64,000 bases of DNA. It comes from Trichosphaerium sp. ATCC 40318. Lineage: Eukaryota > Protista > Tubulinea. Positions 1-11,830 of the stretch are shown in pieces. The stretch lies in assembly GCA_038496445.1 (NCBI GenBank), contig JALMLS010000505.1, forward strand, positions 1-64,000, in the 5' to 3' direction. The number at the start of each line of letters is the position of its first letter. The stretch's first letter is position 1. The notes under the pieces are model-generated. The model was not told the DNA's origin and made no database searches. It saw only the letters and a list, made by a program, of their open reading frames with translations. The translations under genes and the position numbers were made by a program.

Positions 1-95
1 TTTTAGGAAGAAATTCGCAGAGATTTGTGGTCCAAAATCTCAGAGATTTTAGGGGGTGAATCTCTTGATTTTTCTCAATTTTTTTTAGTACTGAT

Positions 96-705
96 GTGGT
101 ATATACCACCTTTTTATTGGTATATACCACTTTTATGGTATGCTTCAAGAAGGTCATGAAGGAGCTTTTTGGTAATGGGTTTTCTTGTTGAATGATCATA
201 GACGTCATACATTGAACGGTGCGTAGGGACCTTAGTATATCATAGAATCTAACCAAACCAGGCTCATTCGAACTGCAGGACCTGATTACAGTACCAACAT
301 TAAGGAACCTATATTGCAGGTATTATACAGACGTTCGTGGGTACCAGACAAAGTTGTATTTTATTTTCGTTTGATATACATTAACCGACCTCCATAGGCC
401 TTAGTAATTGATGGATTCAGGTGAAACCACTTTCATTAGGTGCGTAGCATGTTTTTACAGTAGGTACAGAAAGCTCATGGAGATGGACAAATTTTCCAGA
501 CGCCCATAGTAATGTAACTGTAGTGGACATTGTCCAAAACTTGTAACTCACAAACTGTGTATTAAATAAAGTGTATTTTCTGGAATTCCAGCAGGTGTAC
601 CATAAGTAGGCATAAAGTGGTATATAAGAGTGGTATATACCATGAAAAATTGGTATAAAAAAGTGGTATATAACTGGTATATACCTAAAAAAAGTGGTAT
701 ATTTT
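96..705. repeat. Clusters of palindromic (G)TGGTATATACC(AC) motifs
   Basis: Perfect 14-bp palindrome GTGGTATATACCAC at 96-109, a second copy at ~118-130, and about 6 variants at ~617-702. Confidence 0.75.
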
Positions 706-2404
706 TTTAGACCTGAATAAAGTAAGTTCTTTTACCAAACGATCCAACTTTGCTTTTTGTGCTTGAGTGATTTTAAGGATACAATGGACATCACAGTTAT
801 TTCTTTCACTTATGTTGTTAGTGCAGTCATGCAGAAACTTTTCTGGCACAGAAAACAAAGTCCAAGTTTCAGGTGGGTATCTATTGAGAATGTTAACAAT
901 ATTTTTTTTTGCAAACACAAACAATACCTTGCTGATCTTCCAAGCTCATAGCCAATGTAGGTTTCATTAAGGTACACTACAAAGGCACAACGAATAGTAT
1001 TGGATCCAGTGATAGCTTTCTAAAAAAGGTAAGTTAAATACAAAAAAGAAACAAGTTTATGTCATAAACTTCCAAAAAAATATGGTAAAATTCCAACCCA
1101 GTTTGTGCATGAAGCAAATCATCTCCTAAGCTTTTACACCACTTATAATCGGCAGTTTTAGCATCATTTGGAATGTTTTTGACTCTTCACTTCCGAAATG
1201 AGTCAGCAACATGGAACAAACAATGGTTGACAAGCATATCAGGCCATAACCACAATGCCACTAAAAAAAGGAAAAATAAACAACTTTGATGAAAGAATTT
1301 AAACATTTTGTACCTTTTTTTAAATTAAGCTCACAGTCAATCATTAAGCGCTCAAAAGGGTTGCCCACAACACGTTGGAGGTGGGCAAATGCGTATTCAT
1401 ACATCTCCAATTTTTTTCCATCAGTTAATGCCCAGCCAATACAAACTCCTTTAGAGTTGGTTGTTCCGATTGCTTTAACCCAATACAATAACAACTAATA
1501 CAATATTAGGATTAAATCAAAAAAAAAATTGTGTACGTGGCACTTGACATCACTCAAATTATGGATTGCATCAATGTACAAAGTGGAAAGATCAAACTTT
1601 CTCATTGTGTGCTCAACATCTGCTGGTATAAACGACACGACAAATGGAGCAAGTTGGATATGAATTTGGTCTTTGTAAGTAGCAACAAGGTTTGTTAAAA
1701 CCTACTTTGTGTTAAAGTTGAGAAAAACAACAAAACAAATTAACATTGTACCTCAGTGTTTTGCATTTCTTCTCTATGCACTACACTTGCAAGATGCTCA
1801 TATTGACGATTATTAGGAGAAAGAGCCGTATTCAAAGCATTTTCTTTCTCACGCAACAACAAATTACGATGCTAAACACTTAGTCAAGTACTGTGTGCTT
1901 CTATTGATGTACAATTAGGTGCACTGGAATGCCTCCTCTCACTTGATCTTGGATTTCATCATGAATGTCATTGGCAACATGGAATGATGTTGATGTTTGT
2001 GGTAAACAATTAACATGGTGATCTAAGGAAAAAATAAGGTACCATTTTCAAATTTTTCTCAAGAAATAAAAATACCTTTTGTTTGTCGTATTGCCAACAC
2101 TCGCCCATGGTGGTGTGCTGACTCTGTTAAAATCACACAACACCAGCAAACTTTTCTGTTACTGCATTTGAAGTAATGGTTTATTCCCAAAGCAACAGGA
2201 TTTCTTCCATCCACATGAAACTGAAAGCCATGAGTATGTGCTTAAAAAAATTAGTGGATTCAAATCGTTATCACAAAAATTACCTTCATTTATGTAAACT
2301 ATAAGTCTGTTTCCAGGTACCCAGTCCATCAAGTTTAAATTCTCTAAGCAGACTCGAGCCCAATACTTTGGAGCAGGAATTTTGCTGTCAGCCATTGCAA
2401 TCAT
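150..2404 (-). mobile_element. MULE (Mutator-like) DDE transposase, intron-containing, probably pseudogenised
   Basis: Spliced minus-strand motifs: LYIDAIHNL (~1560-1585, D1), LMIDCE (~1335-1350, D2), HCLFH (CxxH, ~1210-1225) and TNNISERNN (~800-825, E). In-frame TGA at 1187-1189 just after HVADSFRK. No TIRs located; the 3' boundary is uncertain. Confidence 0.8.
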
Positions 2405-3900
2405 TTTGAAAATCAGGATTTTTTAAAGAAATTTGATGTAATTTCAATACTGTAAGACTTAACCACAAAGCTTACCACTATTTATTTAAAGCGGACTTGT
2501 TTACATTGTTTTACAACTGTTTTAATAAATTGGCATTGATTCTACATGCGCTAAAAAATACTTTTCTACATTTTCGTATAAACCTGCATAGTAGGCTAAA
2601 CACAACTATTTGTAACTAGCGCTTTTGGTTTTTAGTTTGCACCACATTTTTAGTTTAAAGTCAATTTATGTAAGCGCAGGTAGCGTTAATGTGTTTTTAT
2701 TACGTTATTTATGTCACGTGAGTTTTAATATTTTAAATAGCGTGGCATCCTCTTCTGTACACTAACTAACCTGAACTAATATTCATTCGTTAAGTTATAC
2801 AGAAAGGTGAGTTGTCATCATCCCCCATATGTAATCATTTCAGGCGTTTGAATTCGTGAGACCAAAGCTCAACATTGAACTCAACAGAAGACGCATTAAC
2901 TCAATTAAACTATGGCTAATATCAACAACACCCACAAACCCCCTAACTAAATTCAAGCAAGCCTAATGTTACTAAACCGCCAAACCTTGTGTGATCAGTG
3001 TGTAATAATAGGGACACACTCAAGGAATATTGGTCAGCAATCAGAGTAGGGACGATTTTTGTAGCAGTTCACACTTTCAAAAAAAGTTTAGCACACCTCA
3101 AAAACGTTATTTATGTCCAATTTTTTGCTATACTTCAGAACACATATGTGGCTATAATTGATATTAACTAGAACTTGCTGGTAATAGTGTGCTTCAATCA
3201 ACTATTTCATTGATACTAAAACTGACTTTTTACTGCTTGGGATCATATTCTTCTCCTCTGTCACCACCATGTTTCACAGGTAATTCTTTTACAGCATAGT
3301 GAGTAAGGAATACATTCTTTCGTTTAAGACATTTTTTATCACTTTCAGTGTACCACATAAAGCTATCGTCACCTGTCTCTATACCTGATTGATGTAAATT
3401 GGTCATTCTTTTGAACAATCATTCTAACCCACAGATACCTTTTTCAAATCTTTCCTTTTGACGGCAGTTGCTCAATAAATCATTGTGTACCTATGTGCAG
3501 TTATAGCGTATTTGATAATTTAGGTATCAAAACACAGAGGTTTCTTTTTCAAAGAAGTTGATGAACATAATATTTAATTGAAAATGTCAAAAAACTCACT
3601 CTTGCTCGGGTACTTTATTGCATCAGATAGCCACAAAGCTTGCTGTATATGTATTTTACCACTTTAGGAGTTTTAGACAGAACTTAGTTTTTACATGGAG
3701 ATACTGCAAGATTTTCCAAAACCAGGTTCAAAGAAACTGTATCACTACACTCCATCAACTATTGCTATAAATTACACTGTGCAATACCACACATGTTGAC
3801 TATCACAATGAAAAGTTTGGGATGGTCAATTAGCTCTTGAGGTATTTAAATCCAAAAATCGCTTAATGGTGCGCATTAGTACAGAATATTGGAATTTATC

Positions 3901-4001
3901 AATTACACAAGTCTCGACAAGCTTAAAACTAATGTAAATACATTAAAAATAGTGTTAGACAACACTTCAGTAATTTAAACGCTTGTCAAAGCTTGTGTAA
4001 T
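3901..4001. repeat. Imperfect inverted repeat (22-bp arms)
   Basis: AATTACACAAGTCTCGACAAGC (3901-3922) matches the reverse complement of GCTTGTCAAAGCTTGTGTAATT (3980-4001) at 19/22 positions. Confidence 0.6.
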
Positions 4002-4931
4002 TGCTAATTTTGGGAACTCGCTTTTTCTTTATTCTTTACACCACAAACTAACGTTTTCAGGGTTTTTAGTGCAATAAACGTCGTTTAAAGGTACTTTGTA
4101 TACACTTGTTCATATTTTGGTACCATAATCCTTGTTTTAGATTATAACGCTTCTATTGCTGTTTAAGCACCGTTTATAACAGATACTGGATTGATTAATG
4201 TGTTTGTGAGCAATGAAGCTCAGTTGACGCTTTTTTAGGAAAGTCTTAAAAAAAAACGCCAAAAAACAAGTAAAAAAGTAAATAATTTATTCCACATTTA
4301 GAACGTAACAATAGAGCCATTCATTCCAAAGGTACATTCACACAGGATAAAGCATTGATATGAGAGGTGTTAACCGCTTACAAAAATCGGCCCTATTACG
4401 GCACCTCGAGTGCCAAGTGATTGAAAACTATGGTGGTAGAATATTAACACCCGTAACAACCCTTGAAAACTTCATTTTCTCTCCAAAACTTTTTCTTTTT
4501 CCACTTTTCACTTTTTCTTTTTTTTCAAATTCACATCTCGGATGTAATGTAATTCGCACAAGTGCGCTGTAGTGTGTTCATGTACAAATATACACGACAT
4601 CAGTGTGCTATTGATAGCCACTAAGACGTTGTCTTTCCTCCCAAGCAATCGCGTATTAGTTGTCTAGCTGGCGCAACGGGTATTCTAAACCAAGTAACGA
4701 ATTTTTTTTCTTCCAAGCCTTGGAAAATATGTTCCAGGATACAGATTAAAGCTCTCCAAGTGGTCAAAAAAACTGTTGTAAAGGCAATTGCGTTCTTGTA
4801 ACAAATCAGTAAAAAACACAGAACCAGAACCGTAATGCAAATTACAATAACACTTCACTGAAAAAAATCTTGTATCAAGTAACACTGACTTAACACTGCT
4901 TTGTGATAAACCTCAAGAGTGACAACACGTC

Positions 4932-7900
4932 ATGACAGAATCACAGAGTGACAAAACCCAACATTTAGAGCGGGAAGAACCAACCAACAACAACCATCTC
5001 CACATAATTGAAATTGTGTTTTCTTTTGCAGGTTTGCAATCCTTGGTAAGCAAATAGTTGACCAAGCATAGCAACAAATGGCTATGCTCAAGTTGTATCA
5101 ATGTTAATTAATGCCAATGCCAATATTGATGCTGTTGATAAATATGGAGACACACCTTTAATTTGTGCAGGTAACATGATATGATGAAATACAACATGTA
5201 CCATATCTCACTGCTGTATTATTTAGCACAAGAAGGGCGCAATGAAGTTGTATCAATGTTAATTAATGCCAATGCCAATATTGATGCTGTTGATGACGAT
5301 GGAAAGACACCTTTAATTTGCGCAGGTAACATGAAATGATGAAATACAACATGTACCACATCTCACTGCTGTATTATTTAGCACAAGAAGGGTACACTGA
5401 AGTTGTATCTCTGTTAATTAATGCCAATGCCAATATTGACGCTGTTGATAAAGATGGAAACACAGCTTTAATTCGCGCAGGTAACATGATATGATGAAAT
5501 ACAACATGTACCATATCTCACTGCTGTATTATTTAGCATGGTTTGGATACAATGAAGTTGTATCAATGTTAATTAATGCCGATGCCAATATTGATGCTGT
5601 TGATGAAGATGGAGACACACCTTTAATTTATACAGGTAACATGAAAGATGAAATACAACATGTACCACATCTCACTGCTGTATTATTTAGCACAAGAAGG
5701 GTACACTGAAGTTGTATCTCTGTTAATTAATGCCGATGCCAATATTGATGCTGTTGATAAAGATGGAGAGACAGCTTTAATTCGTGCAGGTAACATGATA
5801 TGATGAAATACAACATGTACCATATCTCACTGCTGTATTATTTAGCACAAGAAGGGCGCAATGAAGTTGTATCAATGTTAATTAATGCCGATGCCAATAT
5901 TGATGCTGTTGATGAAGATGGAAACACAGCTTTAATTCGCGCAGGTAACATGATATGATGAAATACAACATGTACCACATCTCACTGCTGTATTATTTAG
6001 CACAAGAAGGGCGCAATGAAGTTGTATCTCTGTTAATTAATGCCAATGCCAATATTGATGCTGTTGATGACGATGGAGACACACCTTTAATTTATACAGG
6101 TAACATGAAAGATGAAATACAACATGTACCATATCTCACTGCTGTATTATTTAGCACAAGAAGGGTACACTGAAGTTGTATCTCTGTTAATTAATGCCAA
6201 TGCCAATACTGATGCTGTTGATACAGATGGAAAGACACCTTTAATTCATGCAGGTAACATGATAAGATGAAATACAACATGTACCACATCTCACTGCTGT
6301 ATTATTTAGCACTAAAAGGACGCAATGAAGTTGTATCAATGTTAATTAATGCCAATGCCAATATTGATGCTGTTGATGAAGATGGAAAGACAGCTTTAAT
6401 TTGCGCAGGTAACATGATATGATGAAATACAACATGTACCATATCTCACTGCTGTATTATTTAGCATGTCGTGGACACAATGAAGTTGTATCAATGTTAA
6501 TTAATGCCAAAGCCAATATTGATGCTGTTGATAAATATGGAAACACAGCTTTAATTCATGCAGGTAACATGATATGATGAAATACAACATGTACCATATC
6601 TCACTGCTGTATTATTTAGCATGGTTTGGATACAATGAAGTTGTATCAATGTTAATTAATGCCAATGCCAATATTGATGCTGTTGATAAAGATGGAAAGA
6701 CACCTTTAATTCACGCAGGTAACATGATATGATGAAATACAACATGTACATATCTCACTGCTGTATTATTTAGCATGGTGTGGATACAATGAAGTTGTAT
6801 CAATGCTGATAGAAGTAAATGCAAATATTGATGCTGTTGATAAAGATGGAAACACAGCTTTAATTCGTGCAGGTAACATGATATGATGAAATACAACATG
6901 TACCATATCTCACTGCTGTATTATTTAGCATGTCGTGGACACAATGAAGTTGTATCAATGTTAATTAATGCCAATGCCAATATTGATGCTGTTGATAAAG
7001 GTGGAAACACAGCTTTAATTAAAGCGGGTAATGTCATATCTAGCCATGATAATGTTCAATATTATTGTAGCAATAAATGGTGATTTTGCATGTGTATCAA
7101 TGCTGATAGAAGTAAATGCAAATATTGATGCTGTTGATAATGATGGAAACACAGCTTTAATTCGTGCAGGTAACATGATATGATGAAATACAACATGTAC
7201 CATATCTCACTGCTGTATTATTTAGCGCTAAAAGGACACAATGAAGTTGTATCTCTGTTAATTAATGCCGATGCCAATATTGATGCTGTTGATAAAGATG
7301 GAAAGACAGCTTTAATTCGTGCAGGTAACATGATATGATGAAATACAACATGTACCATATCTCACTGCTGTATTATTTAGCGCTAAAAGGACACAATGAA
7401 GTTGTATCTCTGTTAATTAATGCCGATGCCAATACTGATGCTGTTGATAAAGATGGAAAGACACCTTTAATTCACGCAGGTAACATGATATGATGAAATA
7501 CAACATGTACCATATCTCACTGCTGTATTATTTAGCACTAAAAGGACACAATGAAGTTGTATCAATGTTAATTAATGCCAACGCCAATATTGATGCTGTT
7601 GATGAAGATGGAAAGACAGCTTTAATTTGCGCAGGTAACATGATATGATGAAATACAACATGTACCATATCTCACTGCTGTATTATTTAGCATGGTGTGG
7701 ATACAATGAAGTTGTATCAATGCTGATAGAAGTAAATGCAAATATTGATGCTGTTGATAAAGATGGAAGCACACCTTTAATTTATGCAGGTAACATGATA
7801 TGATGAAATACAACATGTACCATATCTCACTGCTGTATTATTTAGCATGTCGTGGACACAATGGAGTTGTATCAATGTTAATTAATGCCGATGCCAATAT

Positions 7901-10685
7901 TGATGCTGTTGATGAAGGTGGAAACACAGCTTTAATTAAAGCGGGTAATGTCATATCTAGCCATGATAATGTTCAATATTATTGTAGCAATAAATGGCGA
8001 TTTTGCATGTGTATCAATGCTGATAGAAGTAAATGCAAATATTGATGCTGTTGATAATGATGGAAACTCAGCTTTACATTGTTCAGGTTGCATCAAAAGA
8101 GATACTGCAAGTTTAACTAATGTTACTATTTAGTACAAAGAGGAAAGCATGAAATTATACTAATATTACTTAAAGCACATTTAAATAAGGACGTTGGTGA
8201 TGAAAATAGAAACAATGCTTATTTAGGTATGTTGCAATTTCACATTTGTTTGAAACAAACAACAATATTTAACAGTTGGTTTTAGTTGTACCAGATAACA
8301 AAAAGTGGCAAGGTTGTCTTTTATTGTTATTTAAACAAGTGATATCAAATACTCCAGCATCTGTTGAAGCGTTTGTAGCTTTTTTAAAACTCTGTCCAAA
8401 TGGAAAACAATGCCATTCACTGTGGAAATCTTGTTCATCCTTTGTGTCCTCCACAAACGACATATTGAAAATGCAAATGACACATGGCAACAAAGCATAC
8501 TTCAAGCAGTGGGAACAAGATCTTAAGCATCCTAAAAAATGGCTTCGGTACTTGGTATGCTACCTTTGAAAATGCTGTATTTGTTTTAATCCTTACAACC
8601 TTCAGCCAACGCGTTCTTATTTTAAACTGGCAATGGAAAAAGGTGTTTGTTATTTAATTTGTGCTGTATTAGATCCCAAAGTTGCTCTGTCTGCAGTACG
8701 AATCCGTAAATCATATGTAAACTTTGTAACTGTTTGCTTACTAGAACTTCTGGAAACAAGATGGAGAATTAATGCAAGGCATCTTGCATGATATGCCTAA
8801 TGATGCATGGGGTAATACAAATCATGTTGAATACTTAGAAGATGCCAATGCAGGTAACAAGGTCACTGTTTTGACAAGTACTAAATGTACTACAAAGGAG
8901 TTTTGGCTAAAAACTCATGGGATCTAAATCCAAGATTGCATTTTGCAAATAGTTGGGACAGATCTAAAAGCACGTACGTTCAAACTTATATTACCATTTG
9001 GGGGTTTTTTTTTAGTTTATTTTCAAAAAAGGGGCATTGATTTAAAGGCGACAGACTACAGAACACTGAACCTGCTTGATACAAATGACAAAGTTGCTGT
9101 CAGAGAATTCAACATACTCAAACAACAGATGTCTAAAATGCACGGCTATGACAATTACAATATTGTTGAAGCGACTCTTGTTTACAATGATATCTTGAAT
9201 GAAAACTTTGGTCGATTCAACAAAATACTACAACACAGACATAAGTACATTTATTCTAAATTAGCCCGTTTTAATGTGCCTAATTGTGTACTTGTAGAGG
9301 ACTTCCCAAGTTGTTTAAAAAGCAGACTTGGAAAAATAGTGTCCACAAAAAGTACAAAGAGAGTGTTTACAATGCCACACCAATGCAAAAAGATTCAAGT
9401 ACCGATAACAAAGATACTTCAAAACACGAGGTAATGTTCAGTAGAAATACCTATTTGTACTAACCCCTACATGTAGTTACCAGCGATATTGATGGCTCAC
9501 GGAACAAGTGAAAAGGCAGCTTACAGTATTGTACAAGCTGGTTTCGGGACTGTGAGCGCCTTGGATGCTGGTTACTATGGCCAAGGGATATACTTCACAG
9601 TACGCAAATAACAACGTCACATTTTTATTCATTGTTTTTACAACAGCGGAGTATAAAATATGCCTGTTCGTACGATAAGGGAGTAAAGGGAGTGAAAACA
9701 CTTATTTTGAGTCTTGTCACTCCTGGCAATGTATATCCTGTAAGTAAACAATTTTATTGTCGTACCTAATTTACAAAAAGGTACACCCAGACGACAAGTT
9801 AAGAGGACAGCCAATAAAACCAGGCTACCAAAGTCATTATGTATTGGTAGATAAATTAGGTAGAGCGTTCAAAGAAGATAAGCTTGCCAACGCAGTATAC
9901 GATGAGCTTGTTGTTGCTCAAGGTACGTTATAAAAATGAAATAGTATCATTGTGATTTATTTTATCTTGAAATCAGATAATCAAGCTGTTGCTCGTTACA
10001 TCATCAAAGTTGTACTGAAAGATAGTCAAATTAAAAAACGAATCAAAACAAAAAAATCCAAGAAAGGTGGCAAAAAGACAAAGAAACAAAACAAAGAAGA
10101 AAACGACGGTTCGGATGATGATCTTTCTGACGATGATGATAATTTTATTTCTAACCGGTAATTACATCACAAAATATCTTCATCTTTTTTTTAACCTTTT
10201 GTACTAGAAAACTATGGGCTGCTCATGAAGACTCAACTGATGACCAACAATCAACTAATAATGATGTCAATCTCGAAATAGAATTGCAGAAAGCAAACCA
10301 CGAGATGAACAAACTAAAGAATAGCAATATGAACATGAAGCACCGCAATATGAATATGAAGCAGCTTCTTGATAATTTACAACAAACCAATACAAACCAA
10401 CAACAACTCAATGCAAACTTAGAGCGAGACAACTTAATTAAACAACGCATCAAATTAACAGAAAGTGTCAATGACCTGAAGCAAGACAATGTCAAATTAG
10501 CACAAAGCGATGCCATGAGTAAAGAAAGTATCAAAACCCTGAAGAAAGATAACGTCAACTTATCCAAAAGCAATGCCAACCTGGAGCTAGATAATAGCAA
10601 CATAGAAAAAAGTTTAACTAGGCTGCAAGAGAGAAACACCATTCTACTTGCCAAAATAGCCCAACTTGAAAATACAAACAAGTAG
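4932..10685 (+). CDS. Ankyrin-repeat array (20 one-repeat exons) + linker + PARP-like ADP-ribosyltransferase domain + C-terminal coiled coil
   Basis: ATG at 4932, exon 1 4932-5031, then 20 exons of 99 bp (5072-8086) splicing in frame to ankyrin repeats (e.g. AQEGRNEVVSMLINANANIDAVDDDGKTPLICA), cap exon 8134-8226. ART motifs: MAHGT (~9492-9506), DAGYYGQGIYFT, SIKYACSY, GYQSHY, YDELVV (E at 9904). Lys-rich/acidic tract, then a heptad-rich tail ending in TAG at 10685. Confidence 0.9.
5072..8086 (+). repeat. Tandem array of ~155-bp exon+intron units (99-bp ankyrin exon + 55-56-nt intron; two 43-nt variant introns)
   Basis: 17 copies of intron A (GTAACATGATATGATGAAATACAACATGTACCATATCTCACTGCTGTATTATTTAG) with only a few variable positions, plus 2 identical copies of intron B (7028-7070, 7945-7987). 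Confidence 0.97.
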
Positions 10686-11523
10686 CTGGTACAATTAATT
10701 AGAGCTATTGTCATGATAATCACCATGTACTTAGATAGAATAAAACATACTTAACTACAACTCGTACCTTGCACCTTTTCTTGTAACAACAGTACTTAGG
10801 TCATTTGAGGTACAGAACATCTATAGGCCAGCTATCTCCTACATACGCTCATTTGAGCTCTAGCCGACAGCTATAGTTAGTTTTGGTGTATGTCAATATT
10901 TATTATTACAACTGCCTCTTGTCACCTAGTACTAAGTGTTTAGCCTTTTGAACAAACAAATCTTTTAATGATGCTATAATTCAGATTATAAACCAGAAAA
11001 TTCTAATTTCGAAACTATGTCATTTACTCTGAATATTGCTGAAATATTAAAGTCATATGTAACAAGTCGGTACAGCAATAAAACAAAGAAAAAGACATAA
11101 AACAGAGATGGTATGGAAACTGAAATAGTGAAAATTACGCACTTTTATAAATGCATTGTTTCAAACCAAACTTACAATATTGAGAAATTTATGTTGTCTA
11201 TGTCTTCTGATATCGTTTTTTGAGTTTAGTCAACTCACATTCCACGTTAGGCTACTATGGAGTGCTAGCTAGGTACGTATTTATAGCGTTTATAATACTT
11301 TGACCAAGGTGTCGATAGCCCAGTGGGTCATGGGCAGGTTCGTCTTGGGTTGCCGGTTCAAATCATAGTCAAAACCTTCGAAATACTATTTTTAATATGT
11401 TGTGTTATGCCAAAGTGCGTAATATTATCTGTTGTTGAATCCCAAAGCACTGAGGCTGACAGTGATAGCTCTCAATGATACGTGATCTTTCAAAAAAAAG
11501 GGTGAACTCTTCGCTCAAAACGC

Positions 11524-11830
11524 AGCGCTGTTTATATCGCGATATAGAAAATACAGAAAAAAATAAGAATTAACATTTATGGCAAACACGGTCAAAACCT
11601 CAGTTCTGATTTTTTCCACAACAGATCTACATGCCAATGCGCGTGTTTTGTATTTTCTAAGAGAAAAAGATTTGTAAACATTCCTTTTTTGGCTCAAAAA
11701 AACCAGAAAGAAGTCATAATATCTGGCTTGAAAAATCGAGTTTTGACCTGAGTCTTTGCACACTAATGCGACATGTATGTGCGTATAAACCTGCAATAAA
11801 TAATCTTTCTCCGCTTGGTTTTCATTGGTT
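11524..11830 (+). repeat. Diverged copy of the dispersed repeat at 14160-14456
   Basis: Shares CATTTATGGCAA.CACGGTCAA, ACATG.CAAT.CGCGT and TCTTTGCACACTAATGC.ACATGTATG with the reverse complement of 14160-14456. Confidence 0.7.

Noticed and set aside
3230-3870. Second gene of the MULE element
   Set aside because: Coding-like fragments with several stops and no recognisable motif; I cannot support a call.
4365-4451. Helitron or transposon terminus (GGCAC-CTCGA-GTGCC hairpin, GGTGTTAA/TTAACACC)
   Set aside because: The stems are short, and there is no properly spaced CTRR end or partner terminus.
5072-8086. CRISPR array or non-coding satellite interpretation of the 155-bp repeats
   Set aside because: The constant part is a GT-AG intron and the variable part is a 99-bp in-frame ankyrin exon. 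The supposed spacers are homologous to each other, and there are no cas genes.
5072-8086. Diversity-generating retroelement as the source of variation
   Set aside because: No reverse transcriptase or template repeat in the window, changes are not limited to adenines, and variants recur as shared blocks, which fits recombination.
5491-8133. Short ORFs starting MMKYNMYHISLLYYLA and their antisense ORFs as separate small proteins
   Set aside because: They are artefacts of reading through the repeated intron into single exons.
10223-10726. 167-aa hydrophobic minus-strand ORF
   Set aside because: It is the antisense shadow of the Asn/Lys/Gln-rich coiled-coil exon.
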